This document shows positions 1-9,517 of a stretch of DNA of 32,000 bases, piece by piece. The stretch is from Prevotella phage Lak-C1. The DNA lies in sequence record MK250029.1; one strand, given 5' to 3'. The position numbers were made by a program, and so were the translations under genes. The notes under the pieces were generated by a model. That model made no database searches, had not been told where the DNA came from, and saw only the letters and a list, made by a program, of their open reading frames with translations. Each line of letters begins with the position of its first letter. Position 1 is the stretch's first letter.

Positions 1-54
1 GGACAAAGTTTAAAATCAAGAATTGATAGAAAAACATTTAATAGCAATTAATAT

Positions 55-516
55 ATGAAAGCAGAAAGAACAAATTTTGAAGTTTTTGATTGGATGAAAG
101 AACATCAAAAAGAGTATAATTATAGTGATGAATTTATTAATGCATATAAGGACTGTTATTTTTTGAAACGTCTCGAAGGAAAAGTATTTAAAGGTGAATT
201 TTGTGGATATAAAGTAACACCTGATAATTCAGATAAATCTTATTTTGTAGAAGAAGGAATTAGAGGATGTGAACGAGGATTTTTTACTGTACTTGATAAT
301 AAACTTATTAAACTTGACTTATTAAATGATGAATTAACTTTTTGTAATAAGTATAAGGTAAATGAGAATTCAATTATAGAAAAATATATTAATCCTAAAT
401 TGAAATATCTTACAGAATTCTTGAAACTTGATAGCTTATCAGATAATGAAAAGATGTTAATTAAAGAACATATTCAATCATTAGAGTTTATTATTAATTC
501 ACTTTATAAAATTTAA
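55..516 (+). CDS. Hypothetical protein, 153 aa
   Basis: ATG-to-TAA ORF from the track; no family recognised. Confidence 0.75.
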   Translation: MKAERTNFEVFDWMKEHQKEYNYSDEFINAYKDCYFLKRLEGKVFKGEFCGYKVTPDNSDKSYFVEEGIRGCERGFFTVLDNKLIKLDLLNDELTFCNKYKVNENSIIEKYINPKLKYLTEFLKLDSLSDNEKMLIKEHIQSLEFIINSLYKI

Positions 517-527
517 TTTTATTTAAT

Positions 528-689
528 ATGAGTTTCCTTACATATTTTTTAATTGCATATGGTATTATTTCAACCATTTCTATTTGTGTATTTGCATATG
601 AAATAAAGCATGCGCGTAATATTGATTCTAATGCATGTTTTTTAAGAGGTGATATATCAAAAGATGCGTTTAATAATAAAACAAAGTAA
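528..689 (+). CDS. Small protein (53 aa) with an N-terminal hydrophobic segment, putative membrane protein
   Basis: ORF MSFLTYFLIAYGIISTISICVFAYEIKHARNIDSNACFLRGDISKDAFNNKTK*, between flanking co-directional genes. Confidence 0.5.
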   Translation: MSFLTYFLIAYGIISTISICVFAYEIKHARNIDSNACFLRGDISKDAFNNKTK

Positions 690-714
690 TTAATATATTA
701 AAATTATAAGATTC

Positions 715-1476
715 ATGGCGTATATAGACAAAACCTATATTGTTGATTATCAACAGTTTAAAGAAGTTAGAGATTGGTGTAAAGGTAAGATTGTCGAACT
801 TCCTAATGGCCTTAAATATCATGCAGAGAATTTTTTGAATGATAAAGATATGTCAGAAGAGTATTTCAATAATTGGAAGAATGAAATTATTGAAAATCGA
901 ATGAGGACTTATGGAGAGACATATGAAAAGGCATATAAAAATGCAGAAATTCCATTATGGAATACACCATATTACTTTGATATATGGCTTATAAAGAATT
1001 GTCCTATACAATTTATACAGGATCGACTTAAATATCAATATGATGATGAATATGAGCAGATTAAAAATGGAACATCATCATATGATACATATAAGAGAAA
1101 TGGTCTTGGAAAGAATTTTCATTATAAAGTAATTCGCAAACCAAATTGGAACCCACGTTATAAATTCACTTATGTTGATCGACTCGGTAATGATAAGTGT
1201 TATAAGGAAAATCAAAAACCGTGGTGGCTTATCACTATTGAAGATACTAAAACAGTAAATCCAATTTCATGGTGGGTAAATACTGAACATAATTATTGGA
1301 CATGTTCAGAAGAAGGACTTCCATTTAATAGTAATATGCTGGATATAAAGAGGAAGAATCTTAATATTCATGCTATCATCAGAATGATTAAGAAATGGGA
1401 TTTACCTGCCGGTTCACAAGTTAAGGTATTAAATAGATATTTCAATTACGGTTGGATTATTAATATTAAGAAATAA
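715..1476 (+). CDS. Hypothetical protein, 253 aa, Trp/Tyr rich
   Basis: Long ORF from the track followed by a terminator hairpin. Confidence 0.8.
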   Translation: MAYIDKTYIVDYQQFKEVRDWCKGKIVELPNGLKYHAENFLNDKDMSEEYFNNWKNEIIENRMRTYGETYEKAYKNAEIPLWNTPYYFDIWLIKNCPIQFIQDRLKYQYDDEYEQIKNGTSSYDTYKRNGLGKNFHYKVIRKPNWNPRYKFTYVDRLGNDKCYKENQKPWWLITIEDTKTVNPISWWVNTEHNYWTCSEEGLPFNSNMLDIKRKNLNIHAIIRMIKKWDLPAGSQVKVLNRYFNYGWIINIKK

Positions 1477-1480
1477 AATT

Positions 1481-1518
1481 AGAAGGATGTTATTTAGGCG
1501 GTTAAATAACATCCTTCT
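1481..1518 (+). terminator. Perfect 16-bp stem hairpin (agaaggatgttattta / taaataacatccttct, 6-nt loop) followed by T-rich sequence
   Basis: Read directly from sequence just after the 715-1476 ORF. Confidence 0.85.
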
Positions 1519-1556
1519 TTTATTATAAATATAAAAAATGGGATTAATACTTATAT

Positions 1557-2606
1557 ATGAATAAACAAATCAAGCAATTGTTAGAAAATTTATTTGATGA
1601 TTATGATGACTTAATATAGGATGATAATGATAATATTGAAAAAGATTCCATAGGTAAGAAAATAACTGATGAAGATATAAAGAAAAAAGTAAAAGAATGG
1701 TTGCGTTATAATATTGCATCAAGTCCAGAAAATAATAATATAGATAGAAATCTTACTTTTGAATATATTGATGACATACTTTATTGTAATTTACATTTTA
1801 ATGGTTATATGACAGTATTTATGAGTGAAATACCAGATTATGTAAAGATTAATAAAATTACATGTAAAAATATTAAATTTAATAGTTTATATAATTTACC
1901 AAAGGAAATAGATGGAGATATGTTTATAGATGGTTATAATCATACGAAATTAATTGGTAATTTTCCTGAAAAAATAGGTTGTTTAAAGATATGGAATTCA
2001 AAAATAAAATCATTGGAAGGACTCAATGATAATTGTGATTCTATTGAATCATTAGAGATTGAGGCATGCAATAATTTCCAATATTTTATGGGTATTCCAG
2101 AAAATGTAGGACGTGTTTCTATACAAGAATGTAATAAACTTCAAAATTTAATAGGATTACCAGAATCTGTTGATGATATAGAGTTAACAGATTTAAGGAA
2201 ATTTTCAAGTTTAGAAGGATGCCCAAAAGAGTTAAAGGGTGATTTACGTATAACAGATTGTAAAAAATTATTATCATTAAAATATATTTCATCTTTAATT
2301 ATAGGAGATTGTTCTGTTACGTATACAGGTATAGAACATCTTGATATGACTGAATCAAATACAAGAGTTATAGGAGACTTTAATGTTTCTAATAATAAGT
2401 TAGTTGATTTAAGTAATGGACCAGAAGATGTAAGAGGTAATTATGATTGTGCATATAACTCAAAATTGACATGTTTAAATGCGCAAGATACACTTATGTC
2501 TGGATATAAGAAAACATTTGATTGTACGAAAAATAGAAGACTAAAAACATTATAGGGATTACCTATGATGATTAAAGGAGATATAATAGTAAATACAGAT
2601 TTATAA
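1557..2606 (+). CDS. LRR-like solenoid repeat protein, paralog A, 349 aa with TAG read as Gln
   Basis: ATG at 1557 (MNKQIKQLLENLFDDYDDLI-Q-DDNDN...) reads through TAG into the track ORF 1701-2555 and through the TAG at 2553-2555 to TAA; repeated units such as FSSLEGCPKEL, NKLQNLIGLPESV. Confidence 0.8.
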
Positions 2607-2689
2607 AAATTAAATACGTCATACAAATAATATATATGTTATAAGTAAACTATTTGATAAATATAAAAATTATATTAAACAATTTATAT

Positions 2690-3736
2690 ATGAATAAACT
2701 TATTAGAAAATTATTAGAAAATCTATTTGATGATTATGACGATATAATATAGAATGATAATGATGATATTGGAGATGATCTTATAGCTAAAAAGTTAAAA
2801 GAGGAAGAGTAGTAGAAAGTAAAAGAATGGCTTTGTAATAATATCTCAACTAACAAATATGAAGTGTTTCTTAATAATATAGATAAATACGTTACATTTG
2901 AATATATTGACGGTATACTTTATTGCAATTTAGAGTTTATTGATTCTATAACAAAATTTAAAAGTCCAATACCAGATTATGTAAAGATTAATAAAATTAA
3001 AGGTCACGGTCACATTACATTTAAGAGTTCATATAATTTACCAAAAGAAATAGAAGGAACTATGTGTATAAAAAGTAATGAGACAAAAATTATTGGTCCT
3101 TTCCCACAAAAAATTAAAGTCTTATGTATAAAGTGCCCAAAATTAAAGTCATTAAAAGGCCTTAATGATAATTGTGTTTCTATTGGTAAATTATATATAG
3201 ATAATAGTTTGAATTTACAAGATTTAACAGGTTTACCAGATTCTGTCAACTATTTATAGTTGACTTATTGCAATTTTCCAAATTTAAAAGGATGTCCAAA
3301 ACAATTAAATGTTTTAAACATACAAGAATGTAATAAACTTGAAAACCTTATAGGATGTCCAGAAACTATTGAAAAAATAGATTTGTTAAATTTAGAAAAT
3401 TTTTCAAGTTTAGAAGGATGTCCAAAACAATTAGATGGATTGGATATATGTGGTTGTGAAAAATTAAAATCATTAAAATATATTTCTCCTTTAATAGGGA
3501 AAGGTGGATTAGGTGTTTCACGCTCAGGCTTAGTTGATTTAAGTAATGGTCCAAAAGAGATAGAAGGTAATTATTATTGCAATACTAATCCAAATTTGAA
3601 ACGTTTAAATGCACAAGATACAGTTATGACGGGACATGAGACTGCATTTCATTGTTATAATAATGATAGCTTAAAAAGATTAAAGGGATTACCTAAGATG
3701 AAATACAAAGATATAAAAATAAAGACTGATTTATAA
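2690..3736 (+). CDS. LRR-like solenoid repeat protein, paralog B, 348 aa with TAG read as Gln
   Basis: ATG at 2690 (MNKLIRKLLENLFDDYDDII-Q-NDND...) joins track ORFs 2864-3259 and 3260-3736, which share a frame separated by TAG; clear similarity to the upstream gene. Confidence 0.82.
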
Positions 3737-3740
3737 AAAG

Positions 3741-3781
3741 AAATGAGGAATTAAACATTTTTGAAGTGTTTAATTCCTCAT
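3741..3781 (+). terminator. Bidirectional terminator hairpin between convergent genes (16-bp stem aatgaggaattaaaca / tgtttaattcctcatt)
   Basis: Perfect inverted repeat at a convergent gene junction. Confidence 0.85.
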
Positions 3782-3803
3782 TATTATTTTGTTAATATAT
3801 TAA

Positions 3804-4604
3804 TTACTTTCCATAGTGGATGTAATCAATAAGTGCATTTGTATCAAGATTAGACTCAATTGCCTCCTGATCGTTAACTTCCTTAAGAGCTGCAATAACA
3901 GCCTTAAGCAACTTACTACGACGAGCAAGAAGGTCTGCACGCTGCTTCTGTGACCACTCACCAGTAAAACGCTGATGTGTATAATCACCAACCTCAACTG
4001 TCTTCTTACGCTGAACAACTGCTGCACGATAGTTTGCAGGAATATTAGCAGGGTCGATATTAGGATCTCGAAGAATTTCCTCAGTTGTTTCTGTTGTACG
4101 AGAAACACCCTTTACAAGTTCATTCTCAAGAATTTCACGATTACCATATTCTGCATTATTTGTAGGTTTCCAAATTTCAGAATCTGAATAAACAGGGATT
4201 CTCTCATACATTGTTACGAGTTCTTTTGATGTAAGAATACTCTTAAGACGCATAAGATCAAGAGCTGTCAACTCACCGAATGAATGGCCATCTACAACAA
4301 GCTCAACCTTACGAGCACCCATAGAGTTTGTAGCCTCAACAGAGAATACCTCATTAAGATAATTTGTTGCAATATTCTTAAACCAATCAAGCTGTTCTGA
4401 TACAGTTGTCTGAACTGCTGTTACACCCTTCTTTGTAGGATCATCTGGATAACCCTCACGTGGGATATATGTCTTCTTCTCTCCGCGGAATGCGCCCTGT
4501 GCATTCTTAAAATACTGTGCATACTCATTTACCTCTTTTGCATACACTGATGCAGAATGATCGACCTTTGCAAGGACGACATTCATCTTTTCTACTTTTG
4601 CCAT
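3804..4604 (-). CDS. Conserved phage-type hypothetical protein, 266 aa; resembles a DUF family seen in other phages (possibly DUF7873, from memory)
   Basis: Full ORF MAKVEKMNVVLAKVDHSASVYAKEVNEYAQYFKN..., no internal TAG. Confidence 0.75.
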   Translation of the reverse strand: MAKVEKMNVVLAKVDHSASVYAKEVNEYAQYFKNAQGAFRGEKKTYIPREGYPDDPTKKGVTAVQTTVSEQLDWFKNIATNYLNEVFSVEATNSMGARKVELVVDGHSFGELTALDLMRLKSILTSKELVTMYERIPVYSDSEIWKPTNNAEYGNREILENELVKGVSRTTETTEEILRDPNIDPANIPANYRAAVVQRKKTVEVGDYTHQRFTGEWSQKQRADLLARRSKLLKAVIAALKEVNDQEAIESNLDTNALIDYIHYGK

Positions 4605-4709
4605 AATTTACTAAAATTAAATGTTAATGTTAAAACTAAATTTATTATATATACATGTGTTATAGAGAAAAGTCTAATTATAAATAGAATAAAATAAGAT
4701 AATTAATTT

Positions 4710-5684
4710 ATGTATTTACGAAAGAGTTATTTATATAATAGTATAATGAAAGATGTATCATATTCATTAAAACAAATATTAGATGAAACATTAGGAAGTT
4801 TATATTTAAATGATAAAGAGAAAAGTATAGTAGATAAAATATTTAATGATATTGATACAGAAAAATATAAAAATAATAAACTATCATATAAAGATTATCA
4901 ATAGATTGCAGATTCATCTGATACATTATATAACTTATAGTATGATAATATATTACCATGGTTAGAACATTTAGAAATAATTATTATAGAAAACGATTCA
5001 TATAATTCTACAAATGCGGCTGCTTTATTAGATTATGATAATTATACAACTTTTTCTAATGAGAAAATTATATATGCTACTATTGTTATTATTAATCCAA
5101 AAAGAGAAAGATTTACAAAAAATAAAATTACACATGAATTAAACCATTATTATTCAGAATTTAATAGATATAAAACAACATCTATATTTAATGTATATGG
5201 AGATTTAGAATTAAATATTAAATTATCTAATAGTTAGATAGATTTTACTAATTATGAATATATACAAGATAATTTAACAAATTTCGGTTTTATTAGATAG
5301 GTATTTCTTGATTGTTTATATTGGTTAAATGAATCTGAAATAAAAGCACATATAGAAGATATATATAGTGAAATACATGATAATGTATAGAATAATTTAA
5401 ATTGTAAAAATATATCTGATATAACAGAATTATCACAAACATTAAAAACATATTATAACATAGATAAGATATTACATTTTTATAAAGATAATTTAGATGA
5501 TATGTAGAATAAAATGTTATAGAAAACTTTATTAAATAAAGTAAAAACAATTTATAATAGAAATAGAATGTCATTAAATTAGATATATTCTAAATTATTT
5601 AATAAGATTAAAAAAATCTATAAGCATGTTAATAGACTATATGCTTATAATAAAAATGAATATGTAAATAATTATGGTAAATGA
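4710..5684 (+). CDS. Putative zinc metalloprotease-like protein (HExxH motif), 324 aa with TAG=Gln
   Basis: Starts MYLRKSYLYNSIMKDVSYSLKQILDE; the frame continues through several TAG codons to TGA at 5682-5684; ...KNKITHELNHYYSEF... gives HELNH (HExxH) at about 5133-5147. Confidence 0.65.
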
Positions 5685-6045
5685 TGATATTATTAATTTT
5701 ATAGATGATGTATATATAGATAAAAATGAAGCTATAAAAAATATATAGAAATATAAGTATGATAATTTATTTTACCTTATTCATAGTGAAATATTATATT
5801 TGTATTTTGATTATGTAAAAGATATTATAATTCATAAATTATATTTAAATGATGATATAGATATTAAAAATGAATTTAATATTGAATTAACAAATGATTT
5901 AATTAATTTCTATATACCGAATATAGATGTCTTAAAAACATGCGTTTTATATAATTATAACATAGACGACTCAACATTAAATAGTGTATATAATAAAGTT
6001 AAGATATATAAACTAAATAATTTAAATAATGATAACAGTAAATAA
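5674..6045 (+). CDS. Hypothetical protein, 123 aa with one TAG=Gln
   Basis: ATG overlaps the end of the preceding ORF; MVNDDIINFIDDVYIDKNEAIKNI-Q-KYKYDNLFYLIHSE... joins the track ORF 5800-6045. Confidence 0.65.
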
Positions 6046-6553
6046 GTCTATAGATATAAATAAGGAATCATATCCGAAATGTCCATACAGTAAAGAATTA
6101 TGTGATCCAAATATATTGTTTAATGAATATTCTATTAATAAGAAAGATAAATGTATATCATGTAAATATTTGAAATCTAATTATGATTATATAGTGAATA
6201 AACATTTAGAAGATGTAAAGAAGAATCCTAATTCAAATTATAATATTATTGTTAATGAAGTAAACAGAGATGGTGGAAAGTATATAAAATTTGATAATGA
6301 TGATATTGGGTTTTTGATTTGTGCGACATCTACAATAGAAGATTATTACTATATGTATATGGATAAAGACAGAAATATTAAAATGTCGTCATGTGTCGGA
6401 GGATATAAAATTATAGAATCTCCAGAAACAATACAGAATCTCTCCGTATTGAGTTATATTCGTAAACATGATAAAATGTATATCAAAGAAAAAATAACGC
6501 GATACATAAAGAATTTGAAATATGATAAAGTAATAACTAATATATTTTATTAA
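6029..6553 (+). CDS. Hypothetical Cys-containing protein, 174 aa
   Basis: ORF with CPKCPYSKELC ... CISCKYL paired cysteines, possibly metal binding. Confidence 0.7.
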   Translation: MITVNKSIDINKESYPKCPYSKELCDPNILFNEYSINKKDKCISCKYLKSNYDYIVNKHLEDVKKNPNSNYNIIVNEVNRDGGKYIKFDNDDIGFLICATSTIEDYYYMYMDKDRNIKMSSCVGGYKIIESPETIQNLSVLSYIRKHDKMYIKEKITRYIKNLKYDKVITNIFY

Positions 6554-6630
6554 TAAATATTTAAATGATTAAATATAAGTTTTATATTTAAATAAATATA
6601 ACAAATAAAAATATATTTTTAATTGTAAAG

Positions 6631-7077
6631 ATGAAAGTTAAAGATAAGAAAGCATTATATGAATCCATCATGATGAATGTATCAAAGATGGTTAAGAAAG
6701 CCATAAATGAATATGGTGACGGTATTGATGCAGAAGATGAAATCGTTGATGACGAACCAATGGATGATGATATTACTGTATATGTTCCATTGGTTGGTTG
6801 TGAGTGTAAATGTATTCTTTGTAATGATGAGGATGGAAATTCATATTATGAGGTTCATGATGATAATGATGATTATGTATGTGAAGTTCATGATGATGTT
6901 GATCCAGAGGATGAAGATGCATTGGTTTCTGCTATTGAAGATAATTATCAGTGGGAAACACAGTCTGGTGATTATGAGGATGTAGATCCATTGGGACCTT
7001 CAGATGATGATGAAGATTCTGATGATATGGATGATGCATTTGATGATTATGAGGATGAAGAAGATTATGATGTTTAA
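6631..7077 (+). CDS. Hypothetical protein, 148 aa, with very acidic C-terminus and a CxCxxC cluster
   Basis: ORF MKVKDKKALYESIMMNVSKMVKKAINE...CECKCILC...DDDEDSDDMDDAFDDYEDEEDYDV. Confidence 0.75.
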   Translation: MKVKDKKALYESIMMNVSKMVKKAINEYGDGIDAEDEIVDDEPMDDDITVYVPLVGCECKCILCNDEDGNSYYEVHDDNDDYVCEVHDDVDPEDEDALVSAIEDNYQWETQSGDYEDVDPLGPSDDDEDSDDMDDAFDDYEDEEDYDV

Positions 7078-7081
7078 ATAA

Positions 7082-7441
7082 ATGAAACGGATTATTAATA
7101 TAAGACCTTTATCAGAAGAAACTATGCGAAAATCTTTTGGTGCTTCAATGGAAGATAAGTTGAGGGAATTGAAAGATGAGATTAAAGACAGCAGGTTATT
7201 GGAAGATACATTGGCATTTCCTATTGGGCGTGAAGTTTATGTTGATCCGACCGCTGGTATGCGGTATAAGATGTTGGGTGGACATTTGTCATATGCCGGT
7301 ATGAGTCTCAATCAGTTGGATTAGCAGTTGTATTCTGATTTGGTTTCCGGTAGACAAACTGTTGATGCAGTATTAGATACCTGGAAAAATAAAAGGGTTA
7401 AAAAAATGAACTTTTCTTCAGGAAAAATGAAGAAAAAGTAA
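7082..7441 (+). CDS. Hypothetical protein, 119 aa with TAG=Gln
   Basis: Track ORF 7082-7324 ends at TAG; the frame continues QQLYSDLVSGRQTVDAVLDTWKNKRVKKMNFSSGKMKKK*. Confidence 0.65.
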
Positions 7442-7464
7442 TATAAAACTATAAAAAATTAAAT

Positions 7465-7515
7465 AAAAATGAGAATTAATAAAATTTCGTATATATTTTA
7501 TTAATTCTCATTTTT
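7465..7515 (+). terminator. Strong bidirectional terminator hairpin, perfect 21-bp stem, 9-nt loop
   Basis: aaaaatgagaattaataaaat / attttattaattctcattttt between convergent genes. Confidence 0.9.
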
Positions 7516-7525
7516 TAATTATTAT

Positions 7526-8002
7526 TCAGAATAATGCATCACATTTATTCTCTTTTATCGGACACCAATTTTCATAATCCCATTTGAAAAAATCTGTACA
7601 AACGAGATTATTGTTTAATATTGATTTTGCTGTATCAACATTATAATCTATATTAAGTTTAGATAACATTTCTAATATTCGTTCATGTGTTTCAATGACA
7701 TTATCTTGAATTAGTTCTGTTCCGTATGTATGTTCTAATGCTTGTTGCCATGTTGAACCATGTTGTATCTTATTATATATTATATAGATAACGAAATTTC
7801 CATTTCCGAATGAAGGCTCTAAGAAATTTGATTCTGTATTATTCCACTGTTCTTCTGAAACTTTATCAGACATACGCTTAACTAATTCAAACGGAGTGAA
7901 AAACTCATTTGAACCATCTGTGCCTTTTCGACGAGAAACTCGCTCTTCTGTTGCATAACTATCTAAACTCAAAAACTATTCTATATCAAAACTATTATTC
8001 AT
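7526..8002 (-). CDS. N-terminal half of an N6-adenine DNA methyltransferase-like protein (motif X/I present, no NPPY), 158 aa with TAG=Gln
   Basis: FFTPFELVKRM, FLEPSFGNGNFV, YGTELIQDNVIETHERI, then ...ENKCDALF* with TGA just where (I/S)NPPY is normally expected. Confidence 0.75.
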
Positions 8003-8003
8003 A

Positions 8004-8441
8004 TTAACCAAATTCATTTTCTAATATTGTATTTGTATCTTTAAATATTATATCTTTTTCTAATTTTTTTAAAATAATTTTGTCAGAATCATTAAATTCA
8101 TTTATTTTATTTTTAAATGGTTGGAAAAAGAAATATGATTTTTTATTTTTTAATGATATAACATACGTATTTGATAGTTTTTTGTTATATAATTCTTCAC
8201 CACGTGTACAATTATCTGCATACCATACATGTGTTCCCTCTATTTTTATATCATTTTTAAAATCTGCAATAGTTAATTCTTTGATAATTTTATATTTATA
8301 ACCATATATTAAAAACGTTTTTGATATATACCATATACTAGATATGATAAAAGATATACTCATACATAAATGATATATAATAGTTGATTGTATAAAAAGC
8401 ATAAAATTATAATTAAAATTACAAATATCGCCATTATACAT
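8004..8441 (-). CDS. Hypothetical protein with N-terminal hydrophobic region, 145 aa
   Basis: ORF from the track, ends 1 nt upstream of the start of the 7526-8002 gene (TTAATATG); true start may be internal. Confidence 0.6.
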   Translation of the reverse strand: MYNGDICNFNYNFMLFIQSTIIYHLCMSISFIISSIWYISKTFLIYGYKYKIIKELTIADFKNDIKIEGTHVWYADNCTRGEELYNKKLSNTYVISLKNKKSYFFFQPFKNKINEFNDSDKIILKKLEKDIIFKDTNTILENEFG

Positions 8442-8548
8442 ATTATTAATAAAGAATTATTATTTTGCATATTTATATAAAATATATTTACTAATTATAT
8501 TAATAATATGTTATATTGTTTCTTTTTATTAAAGAATAAAAATAAAAA

Positions 8549-8588
8549 AATACAGATGGTATTTAAATTACTTATTACCATCTGTATT
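8549..8588 (-). terminator. Hairpin terminator (13-bp stem aatacagatggta / taccatctgtatt)
   Basis: Perfect inverted repeat overlapping the 3' end of the small ORF 8568-8675. Confidence 0.7.
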
Positions 8589-8675
8589 ATTATCCGAACT
8601 AGTTTTACTAGGTACATCTGGATTTGGTGTTACCTCATTTGGTCCTGAATTTGGACAAAAACTTCTTTTCTCCAT
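8568..8675 (-). CDS. Small hypothetical protein, 35 aa
   Basis: MEKRSFCPNSGPNEVTPNPDVPSKTSSDNNTDGNK*, followed by a terminator hairpin. Confidence 0.35.
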   Translation of the reverse strand: MEKRSFCPNSGPNEVTPNPDVPSKTSSDNNTDGNK

Positions 8676-8830
8676 AGCTGTTATGTATTTAATTTGTATA
8701 TTATATGATAATCATATTATTTTGTCTTCTTTTTACTATCAATCTTTTACATATAATTTTTTACAAATTTATTAAACTAATTTAATTATATAATATATAA
8801 AGTTTGTTTTATTTATTATAAAATATATGA

Positions 8831-8860
8831 AATCCTACTAATCATAATAGACGCTATATA
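8831..8860 (+). repeat. Left arm of a 30-bp inverted repeat (29/30 identical to the reverse complement of 10144-10173)
   Basis: AATCCTACTAATCATAATAGACGCTATATA versus AATCCTATTAATCATAATAGACGCTATATA. Confidence 0.9.
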
Positions 8861-9505
8861 ATTTATGATGGTAAAGAATATAATAAATGTAGTGAAATAA
8901 GTTCTACTAGCAATGATAGTTTATTATAGAACTTTAAAAATATAATAACATCGATATGTAATAAAGATAATTTAGAAAAACATATGAGAGCTATACCAGA
9001 TGATCCTCATTTAAAGAAATATTGGTATAATAATTAGAATGTAGATGAATATTGTATAAAAGTTGATTTAATAAGAGGACACGAAAATAAAAAAACAGGT
9101 TAGCATAAAGATGATTTTTATACAATAATTTCTAATAATGAAAAAACAATATTATCATCAATAGGAAATTTTAAAGATTTAATTAAAAAGAAAAATAATT
9201 TAAATAAGAGATTAATAAATTTCTATATTCCATCTATTAATTTAAATATTACAAATAATATTATAAATTATTTAAAAACAGATTTTTGTAGGGCAGGACT
9301 ATTATTCCAAAAAATTAATACAAATATGTATCCAAATGTTTTTATTTATATTCCATGGTTTGATTTTTCTAATAATATATTTAGTAAAACTCCTTCAGAA
9401 ATAGATGATTATTTATTTACTAAATATAATATATCAAATGAAATAAGAAAACATATTGAAGAATTACTTCCAGACTATTATAATATAAGAAAAGGTAGAG
9501 ATTAA
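8831..9505 (+). pseudogene. Headless, inverted paralogous copy of the C-terminal (specificity-like) domain of the helicase-methyltransferase; candidate silent cassette
   Basis: Open frame with TAG=Gln starting directly after an in-frame TGA: NPTNHNRRYIIYDGKEYNKCSEISSTSNDSLL ... IPWFDFSNNIFSKTPSEIDDYLFTKYNISNEIRKHIEELLPDYYNIRKGRD*, matching NPINHNRRYILFDGKKYDKCKEISAYSNDELL ... IPMFDFSDSIFNNQPEDIDIQLFKKYNISQDIVNHILEILPNYYN on the opposite strand; no ATG at the homology start. Confidence 0.8.
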
Positions 9506-9517
9506 TTCTCTACCTTT
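9491..9517 (+). terminator. 11-bp stem hairpin (aaaggtagaga ttaat tctctaccttt) exactly over the convergent overlapping stop codons
   Basis: Perfect inverted repeat; its loop contains both TAA stops (9502-9504 - and 9503-9505 +). Confidence 0.75.

Noticed and set aside
3800-4187. ORFs 3800-4108 (-) and 3975-4187 (+)
   Set aside because: Shadow ORFs overlapping the well-supported 3804-4604 coding sequence.
5293-5574. Antisense ORF 5293-5574 (-) rich in Tyr/Leu/Ile
   Set aside because: Antisense to the HExxH gene; AT-rich composition artefact.
5735-5765. Apparent frameshift within AAAAAA between the 5674 start and the 5800 track ORF
   Set aside because: Recounting the bases (gctataaaaa atatatagaa) shows six A residues and a single continuous frame through one TAG; no frameshift needed.
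8831-9505. Interpreting the cassette as an independent gene starting at the internal ATG (MRAIPDD...)
   Set aside because: The homology to the methyltransferase tail begins well upstream of that ATG, directly after an in-frame TGA, so the fragment is better explained as a headless cassette; an internal start cannot be fully excluded.
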